Shown here: positions 26,186-40,521 of the stretch, one piece after another | Position numbering within the stretch: position 1 is the stretch's first letter | How the letters are laid out: each line of letters begins with the position of its first letter | NCBI GenBank assembly: GCA_013239625.1 | Contig: MU053487.1 | Span: 2,129,058 to 2,193,057 of the forward strand | DNA length: 64,000 bases | Direction: 5' to 3' | Source: Lama guanicoe | Taxonomy: Eukaryota | Notes under the pieces: generated by a model | Told to the model about the DNA's origin: nothing | Databases searched by the model: none | The model's input: only the letters and a program-made list of their open reading frames with translations | Made by a program: the position numbers and the translations under genes

Positions 26186-29100
26186 AAGCCCCCATCTGCA
26201 TCAGAGAGTAGCAATTTATTCTACCAGCTTCCTACAGAGTGCAAACATGGGTAACTCTACAATGTGGACTTTCCTGAACATCTTCAGGAAGTATGCTTCC
26301 TGCTCTCCAAACTTCAGCCAGCCCTGAAAGAGCTGAGATTGGGTGTCTGTATAGCCAGCAGACATGTCTTACAGAGGACAGAGTGCTAACCCTGCTTCAG
26401 GACCATCAAATATTTCGGCTCAATAGGTCCCTGAAAGGTTACAGTGTCCATCTTGGAATTAACTGTTAGATTTACAATGACTGGAAAATGAGAATGAAGA
26501 AGAGAATTATTCACTTAGACATTCTCAGTGAGCATCAAGAAACCTAGCTACATAAAAATATTTTTCTCATGCTTGTCACAAAGAGATCCCATTTTTAATT
26601 AAATGAATCCTTTAAAAGACGGCAAGATGAGGGATATAGTCATTTTCACACAGTATTATACATAGTTCTTGAATATTTTGTTTTATACTCAAAAAAAACT
26701 TACTTGTATAGTCAGTTTCATTATGAAAAATTGATAGATGTGACTTCAAAGGAGTTTCATAAAGTCATAAATTCCTCAGCCTCTGCCTGCCTCTCATTTA
26801 TCCCATTTTAGTTGTCTAACCATGTTTCATTTTAAAAATAATGACAATGAGAAGGGAACCAGGCTCCTGTACAAAAACAAATCCATATTTCTCTTCTCTT
26901 AAAAAAAAATAAGGAATTATCTATCTCCTCGGGAGACCAAGCCATTCTAATGAATTATGAAGCTCAGAAAAATCCTGGACCTCTTTTCGACCTCCAGCTG
27001 ATCATCAGTGCGTGACTCATTCACCGTAAATCTAGGCCTGAACATTTTTAGTCTTAGCCAAATGTTGCCTCATTATCCCCAAGCTGAAACTACACTGAAA
27101 GAAAGCTCAGCCGACCTCTCGCTTTCCCTTGACAACACATGCTGCCAGGAACACAGTCAATTCTGAGTAATCCTCTGCTACTCCTTGGCTAGTGATGACT
27201 TTCAACCCTCTGCTTTGAGACTGGCTTCTTTAAATATTTGTTCTCCCCCCCTCTTGCTCCCCTTTCTGCTTGCTCTCACTGGCCCTTGCACCCAGCAGCG
27301 GTCCACGGTCTCGGTCCCAGTGTCATCCTTGATGCCTCCTCTGAAAACCAGACGAGTCCGGGGGCTCCCAGTGGAGTTGGGAGGACATCTTTTCCAGCTC
27401 TTGATTGTGAAGAAGGAAGCCCCTGATTTTAGGCAAAGGCTGAATGGAATCCCCTCTCCCACCAAAGGCCAGCCTACTCACCTGTCCCCCTTTGCAAACG
27501 TATCTAGGTGCCTGAGTTGTTTTGTCTTATCTAGACGTCAGAAACTGAGAGGGAAGTTCTGTTCTGGCCCCAAGAGCCTGACATACTGAGCCCTGCTTTC
27601 CCACCTCCTCCAACACAGCCCAGTATCTAGACTAGGTCTTACATCTCCTTGTTTTTGCCGTGACTACAGCCAGAACACCTGACTGATCCTCACACATCGT
27701 CGGTGCTACCCCTTCCTCAGTCCCTGGAATCAGACCCTCTTCCTGCGTCCATGCCTGGCTGCAAGGAGACTGGTCACGTTTTTCCTGAGACAAAGCTGCG
27801 TTGGCTGATCCCCTCCTGGACCAAGGTCACTTCCATGTCCAGGTTGTCTCCATGTGTCTCCTAAGGGCACCCCCACCATCCACCCTCTTCATCTGCTCTC
27901 TGGGGCTCCCCTTTGCTCCCGATACACTTTATAGCTGGTGTTACTATGTCACTAAGAATTACAACTGCCTCCGGGACCATCGGAGCAGGCATTTCTAAGA
28001 TAGCCTGTCCGAGAATATGTCTAATAAAGGAGAAATTACACCCAACTTCAGGCTGTAAACTGGGGTCCCTGACCCTTGGCAGAAGGTCACGGGTTCTCAA
28101 AGCCCAGGATAAACAGCTTCGGCACCAATGTTACTTAATAGCAATAACATCAAACTTCTTAAATGTTAATATAAATACTGTAGAGTAAAATACAGAATGT
28201 TATTACATGTTAACTATATGTTAATGTATGCTAATTTTTAAAGATAAAAGCCAGGAAACATCAGCATGGTTCCTGACCACCCCCAGCACCTCCCACCCCA
28301 TCATCCTCCAGGTGTGGCCATTCACGCTTCTTACTTATTACTGAGAACACTGGGGAGACGGGGCTCTATGATTGGTTCCCACTGTTTAAGGCGGTTCCTG
28401 CTGACTGGAGTACATTTCGCGTCTTATAGAAATGGCCCTTTCCCCTCTGGCCCTGCCCCGACCATTTCCCTGAGGCCGATCTAGATGTTGTGCTGGAGAA
28501 AGTTTGCAGGACTGAGGTGGCTTCAGAGGGTTTTCTCCTGGTCTGACATTTGAAGAGGACTCACCTTTTGTGAAGGCTACAAACAAACGGATGACTCAGT
28601 AATTACCATGGATAACTACAATTTTTCTTCTGATTATACAAGAGCTGCAATGAACATCCTTATTGACATATCTATCGACATCCTTAATTACTTCTCTGAG
28701 GATAATGGGAGAGGTGACTCTTTCAAAAAATACAAATTGGTCTAATATTTCTATATTTCTATTTATATAAACCCCAGGACTAGGGTGTGAAGACGAGACA
28801 ATTCTCTTACGCCAAAAAGAGATGTGTCTGAACAGGTGAGTTTCCGCCCTGGGGGAGCTTGTGTTCTCATGAAGAAGACTGATACTAATTAAGCTATCAC
28901 AGAAATAAATAGAAAACGAGAGGGAAAGAAAGAGAGAGAGATGTATCTGTGAACACCAAGGTCGTATTAAGATTTGTAAAGTGTTATCTTCAGGTCACCT
29001 GGCCACATCCAACTACAGCCTAAATCACTCAAAACATACCAAATAAATGAGAGAAAAAAAAAAAAGTAGGGGGGAGACAGTTGTAGTGGAAAGCCAGAAC

Positions 29101-29321
29101 CAGATTCCAGTGCCAAGTCACTCCCCCTATGAATTCTGGCTACTCACAGAAAGCATTTTTAGCACATACATCTCAGCTCTAACACTGAAATCCAGTAGGA
29201 TTGTGTAGATAAAATGTTACTGCAGAGAGCAGTGTACTTGAGGGCCATAAGAACAGCTGAAATTTAACAGGCAAAATTATACCTTTCTTCTTCAAAATGT
29301 GGGTTTTAAAGAATGTGGAAT

Positions 29322-29572
29322 GGGGGACAGGGAAACACTAAGAGTTTGGGATTAACAGATGCACACTACTGTATGTAAAATAGACAAGCAACCAGGACCT
29401 TCCGTATAGCACAGGGAACTGTACTCAATTTCTTGTAATAAGCTATAATGGAAAAGAATCTGAAAAATATATATATGTATGTATATGTATAACAGAATCG
29501 CTTTGCTGTACACCTGAAACTAACATTGTAAATCAACTACACTTCAATAAAAAATAAAATTAAAAAAAAAAG
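29322..29572 (+). mobile_element. L1 3' UTR fragment
   Basis: gagtttgggattaacagatgcac...tgtaaatcaactacacttcaataaaaa plus A-tail. Confidence 0.85.
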
Positions 29573-32500
29573 AGTGGAAAATAGGAAAAAAAAATTACTT
29601 ATCTGATTCTTTTGATGTTCAATCTGCAAGCTTACATTCTTGGTCTGATTAGCTCTAGGCATCACCCTAGCCCCACTTGAGCCAAGAGATCACGTAGTTA
29701 CAGCCCAGCACTGTTTCCTTCCCTGCCCTGGGAGAACCTGTTGAATATACAGTGCTGGGGGGAGCAAGGCACTCAAACGGACATTGCTTCATGCCTGCTG
29801 ATCACTTCATCCCCATCACCTCCATGAAAATTAACAGTATTATCATCACCTTTCAGATGGAGACACCAAAGTTCATCTGAGGCCTGGATTTGCTGAATGT
29901 ATATTAAATTTGACCTGCAGTCCCAAACACAACACAGGTATGGGACTGTGGAGGCTGACATGTGGGGCCTTTCTATGTTGGTCATAAAGGAATAAATAGT
30001 GGTGAGCACAGTTAATAACCCATTGAAATAGAGATCAGTGCGGCCAGGGTTCAGAGAGGGGTCACACTGCATTATGGGAAATGATGAGAAACCCTAGTCC
30101 ATGGGCATCTCACAGATGCTCTGTCTGCAGCCTTGTTGAGGACCAAATTGTGGCTCTCAATTTCTCTGAAGAATGGTAACTCAAGTAATTTTTCAAGGTC
30201 AGTACAAGCAGCACACTGTTCTGTTGCCCCTGAAATGCCACAGGAAACAATTGCACCAAATCTATAGCATCTTTAGAAAATTTTTTAAATTTATGATCAG
30301 CAAAACTGAAGAGAATGTTACCCCCTCTGCTTCCCAAATCCCTCAGAAAATGCTATGGATCAGAGGAACACAACATTGCACAGAACAGGGAAATAACTCA
30401 AAACATGACTTTTTCATATTCAGGTTGATTAAAGACGTCACCTTGCCTCAACAAGCTTCAAGAACTGCCCAGATGCATCCTTTTCACTCACGACTCATAA
30501 ATTACACAGTTTGCTGAATCTGTAATTCCCAGAAACATATCACGGGGTCGGCCTTGCAAATGCCGATGCCAAGCCGCCAGCCCCTTTCATTATATGCCAC
30601 GGTTTATGGATGGAGTGATTTCATCAACATATTGGTTGTTTCACATTTGGCATGAGGCCGTCTTAGATCTCCTACAGTCTGTCATCACTGTTAATGAGAT
30701 ATCGACCTCCTTGTAACCCAAGCAAAAAAAGTTCCCCTTTGAATGTCAGCCAAGAAGAAAACCCACTCGAACCTCTGCAAACTCTGAAAACACCTCGCAA
30801 ACACTGTATCTGGAATGGCCGCGGAGGGGTCAGGCCAGCAGCAAGACCAGAAGACAAAGGGCATGTGGGTACAACGTACAATGTAGACATTAATGACGCT
30901 TGGGGTCCTTTCTCTCCCCAGGGCTACAAGGACCACCTTAAACAGGTGAAGCCCTTGGAGCAGTTTTCTCAAGCGGTCACTGAACACTCCCTAAAAGCAG
31001 AAAACAGTGAACTCAACACCCAGTGGTCCTGGAGGCGTGGCTGCGGGCTCCTACCAAAATTCCAAAATTTCCTAGAAGACTCGTGTGACAGCTTTAAATT
31101 TTTATTGCATTTCTTGCATCCTATTCCACAGTAGGTCTGGGCTGCATTTAGCACTTAAGTGAAATTGATGTTTCAGGATGTGGAACCATGTCTGTCCCAG
31201 ATGTTGAGCAGGCTGTGACCTTCTCCCCACAAAAGTCTCACTTAAAGATCCTCAGTCTTAGGGAGCTTTCTAAACGGAGCTGGTCTCATTTACTATTGAA
31301 AACGCAGAAATTGATAAGATGGAACATAGTTTGCATTTACAGAATAGTCTAAATGTCTCCTCTCTTCTGATTGAATTACCATTATAATTAGTACTGAAAA
31401 CAAATATCAAAACAACAAAAACATATTGCGATTTTTGAAAAATAATTATTAAATGTAAAAAAAAATTTATGGGAAACATCTCTTAATAATATTAATTTTT
31501 CATTAGATCCTATATCTATGGATAAATACTTATAAAAATAAAGCAGGATTCAGCATTAATTTCTTAATTTTTATTTTTACAGATAAAAGCATTGAGAAAC
31601 TGTTCATATAAATATGTAGAAATAGATTTTTATAGTTATGTACTCAACTCTCTGAACTCTTTCTGTGTTATATGCCAAAAATCACATGATTCACTGTTAA
31701 AAACGAATTTTAATCACCCGTATGCTGACAGCTTGATTCAGTCTACCTTCAGTTTTGCTGAAAGCAAAGAATAGGAAACATGTGTTCTTCAAAAGGTCAT
31801 ATTACGTAGTCATTCTGTTTATTCACTTTTTTCAATTTCTAGGATGTACATGTAAGAGACTCTATGAAGACCTATCGAGTAACTATTAATTATACTTGGT
31901 TATATCTGATTCTCTCATTCATGGGCACCTTATTTAACACAACATACTCCAAAAGGGATGGGAAGAGATTTCTAATATTCAGAAAGGGCTAAACTTTTCT
32001 AAATATTTCTGACTCATGTCCCCTGACCAGTAAGCCAGTTTCTCTGCCTTGCACCAAATCTGTTAGGCTTGCAAAGAAAGCCGAGCAAATGACTGTCTCA
32101 GCCAAAAGGGGGACGTGACAGAGGGGACCCACGCCCAGCAGGACAGGGAGGAAGCAAGCCCACGCAGTCGGCTCAAGGAGACCAGGCACCACTCAGTTCC
32201 TCGCGGGTGCGGAGGCTTCGGAAGGTTGGATCCATCATAAGAGAAATAAGTTAACTTCTCTTTCCACATCGGAATATGGTGTGAGTAAATTCGGAACCTT
32301 CTCATACAAAGGTTCCACAGTAGTTTGAAAAGAGGAAAGTGGGGGACGAAATGGGACATCCAATGGCCCATGGCGGTAGACTCCTAATGAACTCAGGAGC
32401 CTGCGTCTTAGGGTTAGGGCTAGTGCCTAGTTTGCACTGCGAGTCACCACATTGCGTGATCCAGCTGGACCAGCTTCTCCTGGTTTGCCTGTGAATTTCT

Positions 32501-33889
32501 TGATTTTAGTCCTGGAAGTCCCACGTCCCAGGAAACCCCTGGGTCCTGCGTGAATCCTGTCTCTGTGCACAGCAGCTTGTGACCCATGCATTACAAGTAA
32601 GTATGGCAGTAAATTTAAGACAGAGAAATTTAACTGGATGAGATACCCATTTAAAGCAGACTTTTAAAATGTGATATGACTAACCTTATCTTCAAGGGAA
32701 CATAGAAAGAAGGTTAATATTCCCTAACAGACACCCATTAAAATGGCTTTTTGATAACTGCATACTGGTGGAGTTTTTTGGCATAAGGTCTGATTTCGTA
32801 AAGTAGCAAAACAAAACAAAACAAAACAAAAACCTCTTCAGTTGCCCTGGAATGTCCTGGACAAGTCCTTAGGAGAATACCCATTCTGTCTGTATTAGAA
32901 TTGCAGCAAGGTAGCATGCACATATGCTGGCCTGTGTTTGCTTTAGCTGCTGCAGGACCCCTGCACATCCAGAACGGTGGGGACCGGGAAGCCGGAACAC
33001 CACAATGGCAGTGGCTACAAATGCATCACTGACATAAACTGTGCTGGGCAGAAGGGGAGTGTGGGGTGACTGGATCAGCCCAGCCACCTCTGTCAGTGTC
33101 CTGTCTCCTTGCAGGCAGGAAGAGCAGACGCGGGATGAGCATGGAAAGCCTGAGGTCCTCCCTCCTCCCCCTCGTCACTCCGGACAGAAAAGGAGTCACG
33201 TGTCCAATGCCTTCAGCTACTAATTTTAGCTGCTGGAATGGATCGATAATACACCTTTGCTCTCATCATTCAAAATCAATAAGGAACTTACCAATGACAT
33301 CACTGCAAATTATGACTACTTTTAGGGAAATGTGTCCTGTTTAAATGAGTCACATTAATGCAAACACCATGTAAAAGGGGTCAACGTATAATAATAAGTC
33401 TTACTAACCGAGCTCATTTGAATTTTAGGCCCATTGGAGTTTAAGCGTCTCTCTTTTCACCTCCCAGTCCCCTGAAGGATGTGATAATTAAAAGTTAAAG
33501 GGTATCAAACTGCATGGATAATCAAAAAAACTAAATCCTCACCTTCGGTAAAAGCATATTTTTTGTAAATATACTTTGTATCTATTTCCAGTAAATGAAT
33601 ATATATTGAAACAAAAACCATGCTCATCTGCTACAGTCTTGGGCTGGGACACAGTGACAGGCAGCCTTATGACTGTAAATCAAGGAAGCAGTGCACTGAT
33701 GGCCTCTCTCCCAAGGAACTGGACATTTACTATATAAAGTAAGTGTCTTTTTTGTATCAGGTATGGGGAGGAGAGGGGCACAACCTCAGATCAGGAGTGA
33801 GAGATGAAAATGGGATAGAAAGGACTGTGACAGTGTTCCTCTCTGCTCTAGGTGCCTCCAACCACCATGCACTCTCTACACAGAAGACC

Positions 33890-34325
33890 CTAAAGGAACA
33901 TCGCTGTCAGTGCTCCACCCAGACCCCGAGCCTCTCACTGGTGAGTGTGCCCCTCCTCCATCCTCTGCACACCTCACTCCCAACAGCTCACATCTGCAGA
34001 TCTCTTCGGAGAACTACTCTTGGGCTCCTGGAGTTGCCTTGCCACCTGCAAGTAGACCATCAGAGGCCCCAGGGGGTTTACATCCCCCGATGTGGCTCAT
34101 AGTATAAAAGCCTAGTCCCCTGCCTTGAGGCTGGACACACTCTGCTGTGTGGCTCACACTCCAGAGCCCCACTCAGAATTAGGCCTGGGCAGGGAGTCCC
34201 CCTGAACTCACACCTTTGCTTGGCCTCCCACACTCCCTCTCTGACTTCTCCACGGAAAAGTTCCTTCATAAATCACTTGCACGTGAATCCTTGTCTTGAA
34301 GTGTCTGTTGCTGGACATCCAAGAC
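33890..34325 (+). mobile_element. ERVL LTR16-like solo LTR
   Basis: 3' signature ttccttcataaatcacttgcacgtgaatccttgtctt...; similar fragments at ~13300-13560, ~18980-19135 and ~46200-46520. Confidence 0.55.
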
Positions 34326-34539
34326 TCTATTCTAAAGTTTTCTGGAAAAAGGCCTCTAAGGTTAAGTGTCACAAGCCCCTGTAAACCTCAGTGGCATTTC
34401 TAGTGAAGAGCAGAACTGATTGAATTTTGTGTGCAAAATTTGGGGCCCGAGAAGAAAACTTAGACATAGCCAACCAGCCGGCTGCTACCTTCCATGATGA
34501 GCTAAAGTTCTGTGTCATTCATAAATATTAAGGGGAAAA

Positions 34540-35542
34540 GTATCTCTCCAAGTCCAGATCATAAGGTGTTAAAAGAACCAACACTCCAAAGGCACAAGCG
34601 TACCTCGTGCCCAGATCTCGGTTTCTAAAACCATTCTCCACTGAAAGGAACCAGGGCTTCCTGGAGAAACGATTGATTCTAGGACTGGGGTGGGAAATAC
34701 ACAAGACGAGCCTGGAGCATCTTATAGTGCCAATACTTCAAACACACTCACAGTGATGGAGCGTCTGAAAGGCACACAGGAGCCAACTGAGAGAGTTCCC
34801 AGTAGCCAAAGCTGGAACAATGTGAGCAACGAAATTTAGTGGTGCTGGATTACAATCCAAGTATAAAATGTCCTTTGAAAACAATTTGTCTATCTTTTGA
34901 AAATGAAGGAGTAATAAAGGCTTCCCCAGAAAAATAAAAGACAAGTGACGTCGTTACCACTAGATCTGCCTTAAAAGAAACGGTAAAGGATTCCTGCAAG
35001 TTGAAATGAAAGGACGGTAAATAGCAACATAAAAGTATGTGAAGATTAAAGCTCACTGGTGAGGTAAATACACAGACAAATACAGAATGCTGTAATACTG
35101 TCATGGTGGGGCATAATTACTTTTAATTCTGGCATAGAATTTAAAAGACAAAGCATTAAAAATAACAATAATTATAGAGGGAGGGTGTAGCTCAGCAGTA
35201 GAGTGTATGCTTAGCATACACAAGGTCCTGGGTTCCATCCCCAGTACCTCCACTAAAAATATAAAATAAAATAAAAAATTAATTAAAAATACATAAAGAA
35301 ACCTAATTACCTTCTGCCCCCCCCAAAAATAAAAACAACTATAATTATAAAACTATGTTAAATGGATACACAGTATATAAAGATGTAACCTGTGACAACA
35401 ATAATATAAGGTAGGAGTGGGGAGATATAAAACAGAGTTTTTGTATATGATTGGAGTTGTTATAGGATTAAAATAGATCATTATAACTGTAAAATGTTTT
35501 ATGTAAGCCCCATAGTAACCACAAAGAAAATACTTGTAGAAG

Positions 35543-35545
<3 letters not shown>
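34540..35545 (+). mobile_element. Old L1M fragments (L1MC-like 3' UTR plus ORF1 end/inter-ORF), interrupted by a SINE
   Basis: gcccagatctcggtttctaaaaccattctcc...; gaaaatgaaggagtaataaagg...gtaagccccatagtaaccacaaag. Confidence 0.7.
35177..35335 (+). mobile_element. Camelid tRNA-derived SINE (Vic-1-like)
   Basis: gagggtgtagctcagcagtagagtgtatgcttagc...gggttccatccccagtacctcc...aaacctaattacc. Confidence 0.85.

Positions 35546-35576
<31 letters not shown>
35545..35576. repeat. (CA)n microsatellite (others at 1468-1487, 2986-3007, ~45308-45337)
   Basis: Visible dinucleotide runs. Confidence 0.95.
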
Positions 35577-35578
<2 letters not shown>

Positions 35579-36887
35579 CTTCCACACCTAAAGATTTCCA
35601 AGGCTTCGCAGTATGCAGGAAGGAAAAACATGTTTTCGCCATACAAAGAAAATTTCTTTTGTAACAAACTGATCTTCTTCAACATGTGAAAACTCAGGTT
35701 CCTAAAGCCACAGCCAGCAGTGTGTCCTGGGCGCATTTAGCACAATTCAATTCTCCGGTTTCAACATCCTGGCTGACTCTAACGATTCTAAGAGTAAAAT
35801 GGTATAGAGCTCACAACTGTCAGCAACTGTGTTATTAGGCGCAGAATGTACAATGTGAGCATTTCAATCTGAGACCTTATCTTCTCTTCATGACAGCTGG
35901 TTCCCAGCAAGATTGGGCCAAGCAGCTTCAAGCATTTATTGCTTCTCTAAGCCAGGAATTAGGGCCATTAGCTGCTGAGAAAGAGAGTTAGCTGTCCCCA
36001 GGACTGACATTCAAATCCTAACAAACTTTCTCGTGCACAGACAGAGATTTGGGCAGAAATGAACCGAGACGGCTTTGCACCCTCAAGTGTGGTCACAGCC
36101 CCCGAGCTGGCCCCAGCCCCACCCACGGTCCGTCAGAGACTCCATCCCAGCAGGTGCTGTTCACATTGAGTCCTGGTTTATCCTGGGAGAGATGTTCCTT
36201 GTAACTGAAGCCGCCCATCAAGTGAATCAGGACATCTCAAAGCAGCCATCTGCTTTAGGACATTTGTATCCAGTCTTTGACGGCACGCGTTGCAAAGTGC
36301 GAGCATAAGCCCCTCCCCTAGCCTCACCAGGTCCTTCGGTACCATCTGAGCCTTTTCCCATTAACAAGCCTGTCCTCTGACCCCTCAATAGCCTCAGCCC
36401 ATCCCTCTCCCCAGCCCTGGTCCAAGCGCCAGCACATCCCTGGGACTGGTTCATCCATGCTCTCTCACCCTGACTTCCGGGACAGGGCGGAGCTGGGCCA
36501 GAGAAACCAGACAAGGATCGAGGGGGCAGGACTGCTCACTTTAGAGCTTATCCGTGAAGCTTTTTATTGCCATGAGCAAGAACATCTTGTTACAGTGACA
36601 CAGTCCTTATCTTGTCTGACAGAAATATCCCATTTTGAGAGACTAAACCTTGCAGGGCAGAAAATGAGAAAGATACCAAGCCCAGATTGTGGAGGAAAGC
36701 ATTTATCAGAAGCCAATACAACTCTAATCCCTCAGGTAGAGGGTCAGGAAGCAGGAGGCAGGCCCAGGCACTGCTGCGTCTTGTGAAAGATCAGGTCACT
36801 CAGGAATCCGAGCCAAACTAGCTCCCTGCGGTGCCCTGCAGACAAGGAGGGATCTCCTGATAATCCCTGCCTGAACGTGAGGTTGCC

Positions 36888-36908
36888 GACAGCGCCACCT
36901 GGTGGCTC
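36888..36908 (-). promoter_or_regulatory. CTCF motif (consensus-grade)
   Basis: Minus strand reads GCCACCAGGTGGCGCT (36906-36891), matching the CTCF core CCASYAGRKGGCRS. Confidence 0.8.
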
Positions 36909-38704
36909 CTTGATGATGTGCCAGCCCGTGGAGCCTCCAGACACCCGCAAAATCTCCTCCAAACTGTTCCAAAAAGGTCAAAGCTTCGCTCTGCCTTTAA
37001 TTTTTCCTCCCACCTGCTCACTCTGGTTTAATTGTCAAGATTTTTCTGACCCAGGAAATGAGCGTGATAAGGAAGAACTCTACTGGACCCCAGTTCAACA
37101 TGAAATAAAGCAAGTCACTCATATTCTTTGCTGCGGTGCATTAGACATCAAACAGCCAGAACTCGTGTTGGAATGTGCCAGCCCATCATGGAAGGCAATA
37201 CTGTGTGTGGTCGCCCCCATCTTTCCTCCTCTCAGTGACTTTGCAAAGGCAGGAAATGAGGAGACGGGCAATGAGAGCCTCACCTGGATGCCCGCTCCCC
37301 ACCCACCTGGACCCCCACGAGAGGGTCGCCTCACCTGTGAATGTGATCTCTGAGGACTGTTCTCAGCCCAGGAAGAATATCTACAACTGCCAAATTATTC
37401 CATGGGCAGTGGCACAACTCGGAGGCTTCTGATTGCCTTTTCCAATTCTCTTTCCAATATATCAGAGCAAACCTTGCCTTATAATTAATGCTCAACTCAG
37501 TGTTTAAATGCCATGAGGAGATGTTTCCATATTCCAGCTCTCCCCCAAAATCTTCCTGCAAACACCAGAATAAGGGTGGGTAACTAAGTGAGAACGCCTC
37601 TGAAGACAGATGCCTCCGACACGATAAATGGTGCTGTGAGAATGTGTTCTTTTCAACTTAACCCAGTACAGGAAGTGACTGTTTCAAGGTAAAATTACTC
37701 ACTAAGCGCCTGCCATGGTAATCCGGATTATGCCAGAGAAATCACAGCAGACAAAAGGGACACAGAGTGTTCTGGAAAGTGAGCAAGAGAGAGAACTCTC
37801 AAGTCATCATAAGCAAAATAGGCCACTAGGGTATTGTAGACACTGGGCAGAATACTTTCTTCTTTTGAGATATTAACCTTTGTTTTGCTAGGCACTGTTT
37901 TGATTATCTTGGGTTTCATGCAAGTAGTCTTTGTAATTCTTTGCCTCGGGGTATTTTTTTGCAGAGCAAGATGCAGAAGCAACTTGAGGTTGGAAGGTTG
38001 GCCTTGTCCTGTCCTCTGGGGAAAATACTAGATGTCCCAGAGGCAGGGTGGAAAGAGGACCCCATGCTGACCAGGACACAGCGCAGAACAGAGCCAGGAA
38101 TATCCACCAGGTCCACATCTATGACGTTGGGAATGTCTGAGTCTCTGAGTCATGGGGACAGCTCTCCAATGGGTCATAAAACCTCAAGGGGACCCTAGGG
38201 TCGGGGGCCTAGACCAATGACCCCGAGCTCCTGGCCTCACCAAAGATTCTGGTGCTTGAATAGACCCGATGAGCTGGGACAATGGGTGGTCTCAGCATTA
38301 ACCATGTGGACCCAGGACTCAAGACTGGAGAGGCCTCCTCTTTGCTTTGTCTCTATAAATGACCCCAGGACCTTGGCACAACCCCAGGGTGGAACAATGC
38401 CCACAGTAACAACTGACAAAATTTCCTGTCAGCCCAATAGAGTGGGGCTCCAGCTTCAGAAAATAAAGAAAAGCTATCCTCCCTGCACACCTAGACTGCA
38501 GACTCAGACTCACAGCACTCCGAACATTGGTGGGAACAGACTTTGCAGAAACCTGCCACTTGAATTAGCAGGACCCAGGAGGAAACACAAAATGGAGATT
38601 GAGGACAAAGACCCAGAAGTAAGGAATTAAAATCCAAGCATTTAAAGCCAGGAGCTACACACAGTCCCCACAGTGGACTTAGACCTGGTGCTTGACCACG
38701 TAAG

Positions 38705-40521
38705 CATCAAACCAGAGCCCAGGCCTTTATGTCACATGTGCGTAAGTGAAGGGCGACTCCCAGATCCATAGGAAGGGCCCTGGAAGTACAAATCAGAGCC
38801 TGTGATTCACAGTTACAGCTTTTGTGTGTGGGTATCTTGTCTTCTGAGATCTCAGTAAAACTGACCACGAGCTGGGGGAGGTCCAGGAAAGCTCCCAGGG
38901 AGGCATGGCTGTGGCTTCTGCCTCTAAAAAACCCAGAAGAACTGACAAAGTCTCTGGGAGGTCAAGGTTTCTCCCTTTCCAGACACGCCTGAAGAGAGCA
39001 ATTTTCTTTCCCTCAGATACAGATTGTGTTACTCCATCCCCCTTAAGACTTCAGTTTCGTTCTCAAAGAGCAATTACTCGATTGTCAAGACTCATCAAAC
39101 TAAACACTTAAGATCAGTGTATTTTATTGTATGTTAAATAGACCTCGGCATTAAAAAAAAAAAGCAATTCTTGCTATGGGTGTCCCTAAAATCTGGACGC
39201 ATAGATAAATACATATGTCATCAAAGACATCTTCAAATTGTAAACTGGTAGACCACTGGCTTTACTTCCATAAGGACACCCTAGATTTGGGTTAGGCTAC
39301 CAAAGGCTGACTATATATAATATTCTCATTCTAGAGTGGGGGCTTCAGCATTGTTAACACTAGGAATCACCCAGACAGACAGACCCAGGTGAGCACCCCC
39401 GACACAGTGCTGGTGTGACAGTGTGAGCAGGGTTGGAGATACGATGGAAAAACATATCCGTTGCGGGTTTTTTCTTTTTTTTGTAAAAACTGGAATGAGA
39501 GAGAAAAGATTTCAGCTCTATACCCACCCTCTGTGCAACCTTGATCAAGTTCTCTCTGGGCATTAAGCGTTCAGCTGAAAAAGGAGTAAGCTGGACAAGG
39601 TGATTGCTACATCTTAAATTTTATGACTGATTTTGTGTTTCATCTATCCTGCAGAACTCAGGGTGACTTTTCTTATAAAGCCTTATAGGTGAGGCGTCCT
39701 GTGAGGGACTATTCTTGAAGAAGATGCTGCTATTCCAATTTTCCGAATGGAAAACCAAGGCTTAGAGTGGTGGAGGCCATCTGGCAAGTTGAAAGGAAAG
39801 TATCTTACGATCTCCCCCCCCCCCACTGATGGGAATGCATTCTGGATTTCCATGCTGCTAGAGGACCCTGAGACTGTCCCAGGAGCAGAGCGGAAAGGAC
39901 TCACCCCCCTGCCTTGGCACCCTGCAGGTGTGGGGCTCTGGAGTAGACCAGCTTGGAGAGGCCACCTGCCTGTGCCTCGGGAGGGTAGGAAAGTCTCCCA
40001 ACAGCAAACTAAGGCTGCTAGGCTGGGGCCAGCACCGCTCTCACAACCGAGAAAAAAAAACAGAACATAGCCCAAGGACCAAACAGCAGCCCAGTCACCA
40101 GCCTGTGCCACACTGGGCTGAACCTGGCTGAATGAGCCCAAGGAGGTTGTGCAGGGGAAGGTTAAAAAACAACAAACCCACTGCAAGGCAACACCTGCAA
40201 ACTGTATCCCAAGCCGATGAACACACCCAGTACTGCAGGCCCCCGTGTGATTCTAAATGTCGTGAGCGCCACCTGCTGCCCAGACTGTGAAAAGTCCGTT
40301 TTGTCTCCCCAGCAGCGCGAACAGAAAGTGCTTTTAACGCTATGGGTCTCACGCTGCAGGGGTGCGCTCAGCATCCGAAGCTCTCTCCAAGATTTGTGAG
40401 CTGTGTGTCTGTGTTTTCCTTTCTGTGATGGCCTGACAGAGTTAAAGACTGCCAGATCATCAGGCTGATCAAGGAAAGGAAAACCATCAAACCAGAGCCC
40501 AGGCCTTTATGTCACACGTGC
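38705..40521 (+). repeat. 37-bp dispersed direct repeat (38705-38741 and 40485-40521)
   Basis: catcaaaccagagcccaggcctttatgtcaca(t/c)gtgc, 36/37 identical. Confidence 0.95.
40263..40282 (-). promoter_or_regulatory. CTCF motif
   Basis: Minus strand reads GGCAGCAGGTGGCGCT (40280-40265); one mismatch to the core. Confidence 0.7.

Noticed and set aside
36880..36897. REST/RE1 site (gacagcgcc half)
   Set aside because: The left half-site TTCAGCACC is absent; the sequence is better explained by the overlapping CTCF motif.
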